Assembly: GCA_009103225.1 (NCBI GenBank)
Contig: RHPI01000671.1
Location: 127,531-191,530, forward strand
Source: Chlorokybus atmophyticus
Lineage: Eukaryota > Plantae > Mesostigma and Chlorokybus algae
Reading direction: 5' to 3'
DNA length: 64,000 nucleotides
Shown here: positions 60,761-64,000 of the stretch, in pieces
Numbering within the stretch: position 1 is the first letter of the stretch
How the letters are laid out: every line of letters begins with the position of its first letter
The notes under the pieces: generated by a model
The model's input: the letters and a program-made list of their open reading frames with translations, nothing else
Databases searched by the model: none
Told to the model about the DNA's origin: nothing
Program-made: the position numbers and the translations under genes

Positions 60761-61108
60761 CCTGAAGCCCGTGACCAGTACGCCATAACTAATACACCAT
60801 GCATGGTGTAAACCGTTACCAATAGTAGGGCTACGATTGCCATTGGTGGTGTTAACATTTAACACCAGATGTTTGCAGCATTTATAAGATGCATGGTGAC
60901 TATTGTGCGTTACATACAGCGGTTTGCTACAAGCATTTGCAACAATTACGTTACAATGACATCGGACAAATCACAATATAGCTGATAATGGACTGGCAGA
61001 GTGCCAGTACTTTTATGTACAGAGTGCAATTACAGATAAAAGGTGCACATCTGTGCCACAGCATCAGTGATGCTAGCTCTATCTATCAGCCGGTGACAAT
61101 CTGGTTAA

Positions 61109-63823
61109 CTACGGCTTGCGACAAGGTGCACAGCACTTCTCCAAGAAAAAGGCAGCCTTCATGGTGAGGGCGGTCTTTTTACTCAGCAGGTATTCAGCAC
61201 GCCACTGCGCACCGATTGTTTTCTTGTTTGCTGACCACGAGCACCTGTTTTCTTTTAATACCCAGCTGATCCAGCGCGTCTGCTCAGCAACCCTTATCAA
61301 CTCGTCGACTCGTTCTTCCGTGGTGAGAAGCTTGGGGTCCTTCATTTGAGTGCCGTACATTACGCGGTGCGCCGCTAAGAGATTGTGCAAAATTTTATTG
61401 GAGAGGTTGTCAACTACGCCATAGCACACCAGCAGCAACACGCATCTTCTCATCCCATGTGCAGGCGGCCAAGGAGTCATAAATCTGCGCGTCCGGTCGT
61501 TGTTGGTACGCAGCACCACTACCATAACAACAAGTGAAGTTGCAATTGGCAACTTACCTCTTTGTCGCATGCAGGCACATCTGCTGTTGGTGTATAGGTT
61601 TCATGATTCTTGAAGCACCAACTGAGCGTGTTGCCAGTGTCGGGCTCCGCGTCACTAGGGCAGATTGAGCAGGGGCACTTCACCTCGTTTGCGCACAGAA
61701 ACGCTGGCCATACGATCTCCCGCTCCACCTGATAGCGGGCATACACTCAATGACACAGATATGAACTCATGGACATTGAACATGTGCAATGTATAGTGTG
61801 TTGGATCTGTACAAATCCAACAACTTTTACCCGTTCACGGAGTCGATGCACAGGCTCCCCGTGCCAACCATCGTTCTCTACTGCTAATATCATATTTGGC
61901 AAATGCGTGCATGCGCGTTGGAGCAATGCGCGAATGGCCCATACCGTGTGGTGACCACGTGAGCTTGATGCTATAAGACCGGCACGAGGCACCACTGCTG
62001 ATGCCGCTAACAACGCTTGTGGCCACTGCCACTGCAGTGGCACAGCTGTGTGTGTGTGTGTGTGTGTGAATGTGGTTGCGCTGCTGTGACGACATGGGTG
62101 AGCCGTTTTGGAGACAGTGTTTACGTGCGTTACAACAGAAAGAGTACCTTAATGCAGCAGCTCTCCACCTGATGGTGGCGCAGTGGCATGTTGTTCGTCA
62201 TTTCAAATGCACGAAAGCGTTCGGAGCTCATGTCAGAGGTGGAGCCTGATCCGATGGTGAGAGTTCATTTGTCCCTTGCCGCATGTTTGCACACAACCGC
62301 TGTCGGGCCGTTGCGATTGCCGCATTTGAGGGAGTAGATTACCTTTTTTCGTACACTATCTCTGTATCCACACTGCACGCGGGCATCGTATTAGTGCTGC
62401 GAGGATATTTGGCAATTGCAACTTGAATACATACATCATGCAATATTACATACATGCAGCCTGCAAGTTCACTGTCACAGCCCACTCGACCACAAAAGAC
62501 TTGGTGCTTTTATAATCGATTTGTGGTAATTTAATGTACCTTCCCGTTACATTCCCCCCCACTTAAGAACGCTGACGTCCTCGGCAGCTGGCGCCCATCA
62601 GCTGGGGAATCAATCCCAGGGGTCTGATTTAGGGTCGGCCACCGGCCCCACCATCCAAGGACCGGCCAATTTAGGCCCATACCGGTCAACGCGCGCATGT
62701 CGCGCCGCTGCCGGCCCCACAGGTCGCGGCGCCGCGATAGGCAGGTCGCGCCCTGCCGCGCCGACTGAACTGGTCAGTTCGGCGCGACTGCCATTAGGCA
62801 AGTCGCGACCCATCGATGATGGCACTTATAAAGTGACAATGTACGATGTTATTGGATCGAGAAACAACGACCGCGGAATTCGTGTGCAAGGCAGGACTCG
62901 AACCCGGGTCTCAAGCTCCGATGACCAATGTCACAGCCCACTCGACCACAAAAGACTTGGTGCTTTTATGATCGATTTGTGGTTTTATGTACCTTCCCGT
63001 TACATTCACAATCAACCTTTGCGACTCACCCTTCTGCCGTAACAGTTTGTACTCCCCCCAGCCTAGGAGTTCGTGTGCTTCATAGACCTCCCGGATGACC
63101 GCGGGCCTTCTTTCGATGACTTGTGTGTTGCTTTAGGATTTGGCATGCCTGACAGGAACGTTGGGGAAGTGCTTATCAATGGTCCTTAACACTAATCGCC
63201 AGTTGTCCTGCATGGTTGTTGACTGACCTCTCCATTGCTCCGACAGAAAGTTCATACGTAACACACTAAGACACGAGAGTGCAACGGGCAACAACTTGTG
63301 CATGCTGTTGAAAGTATTGGTACTCCTACCGGTAGGCATTCCGCAAGAACATGCAACATCCCATAAAACTAAGCATTGCAACACGCAACGTATCGCAGCG
63401 GTAGGGAATAAAACAACGGTGGTGTTGCAGATGGCAAATGGTAGGCTACGTGGAGAATGCTGGATTGATTCAAGCAACTCGTAAAGGGCGCTTGCACAAC
63501 GCGTAATACCTGTTGGCACGCTAGCGTTGCACAACGGTTGGTGTCACCTTTCACTCTGAAGTACCTCTCATGTGTTGGGTGGCCTGCTAGCCTAGCTCAA
63601 GCATGGAATTAAAGACGTCAAACTGCGGCGCTGTGGTTGGCCCCTCCAACGCCACTGCTGCGCTTTTAATGTCCTTAATAAGCTTGGCGATGACGCCCAC
63701 AGGCAAATGCATGGCTTGGAGCATGGCAAAGTCAAGCCGCAAGTACGCCTCGCCATCATGGAGTGAGTCACTCCGACAGCATGCATGAAATCTTTCATTG
63801 CGCAACTTTACGAGTGCAACCAA
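61109..63823 (-). pseudogene. Degenerate multi-exon gene with a SAM-like N-terminal segment, interrupted by a TRIM
   Basis: DGEAYLRLDFAMLQAMHLPVGVIAKLIKDI resembles the SAM consensus; downstream protein-like frames contain in-frame stops (AKS*SNTQV; RDK*TLT) and splice-like sites; function unknown. Confidence 0.4.
62473..63004 (-). mobile_element. Terminal-repeat retrotransposon in miniature (TRIM), non-autonomous, gypsy/chromovirus-like ends
   Basis: LTRs 63004-62929 (76 bp) and 62551-62473 (79 bp), both TGTAAC...GTGACA; 5-bp TSD TTCAC (62468-62472 and 63005-63009); PBS-like TTGGTCATCGGAGC right after the 5' LTR; PPT AAGTGGGGGGGAA abutting the 3' LTR; no RT or integrase. Confidence 0.93.
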
Positions 63824-64000
63824 TTTGTCACGAGGTTATCATCATGATGATATGTGTTCTTTTTTGGTCGACAAGATGATTACAAACATGTGTTGCATGC
63901 CATTTGCTGCATACGTTTATCAAATATTTAAAACTGCAGCATGTATCTCTACAAAATGCATATGGTTGTGAGTAAGTGCGTAGGTTTTGCAAATGCACAA

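Noticed and set aside
62880-62955. Intact tRNA gene on the minus strand
   Set aside because: A- and B-boxes are present, but the acceptor and anticodon stems do not pair and the sequence is part of the TRIM LTR/PBS.

Overview
Intron-rich eukaryotic genomic DNA from a green-plant-lineage alga. An early-diverging streptophyte is an inference from plant-type PET100, FBN5, DUF1350, PUT/RMV1, RMA and IDD/WIP/STOP1-like genes and from telo-boxes. I hand-spliced about 14 multi-exon protein genes, several in tight head-to-head pairs: a secreted NHL-repeat protein, an LRR + alpha/beta-hydrolase fusion, a Iojap/RsfS protein with a long N-extension, a tetraspanin-like protein, an FNBP4-like WW protein, an RMA/RNF5 E3 ligase, a DMT-like transporter, a polyamine transporter, a C2-domain protein ending in a CaaX motif, PET100, DUF1350, a doubled C2H2 module protein, FBN5, URM1, and an ankyrin + four-PAS protein. 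Between them lie AT-rich, CpG-poor decayed islands, two N-gaps and one single-N join. The strongest candidates for novelty are (1) the ankyrin-repeat/4xPAS protein with no catalytic output domain, (2) a complete 532-bp miniature LTR retroelement (TRIM) with a 5-bp TSD, whose 5' LTR/PBS junction sits inside a tRNA-spaced Pol III A-box/B-box pair, and (3) the LRR-hydrolase fusion. All exon structures come from reading splice signals and phases by eye; no database search or transcript evidence was available.
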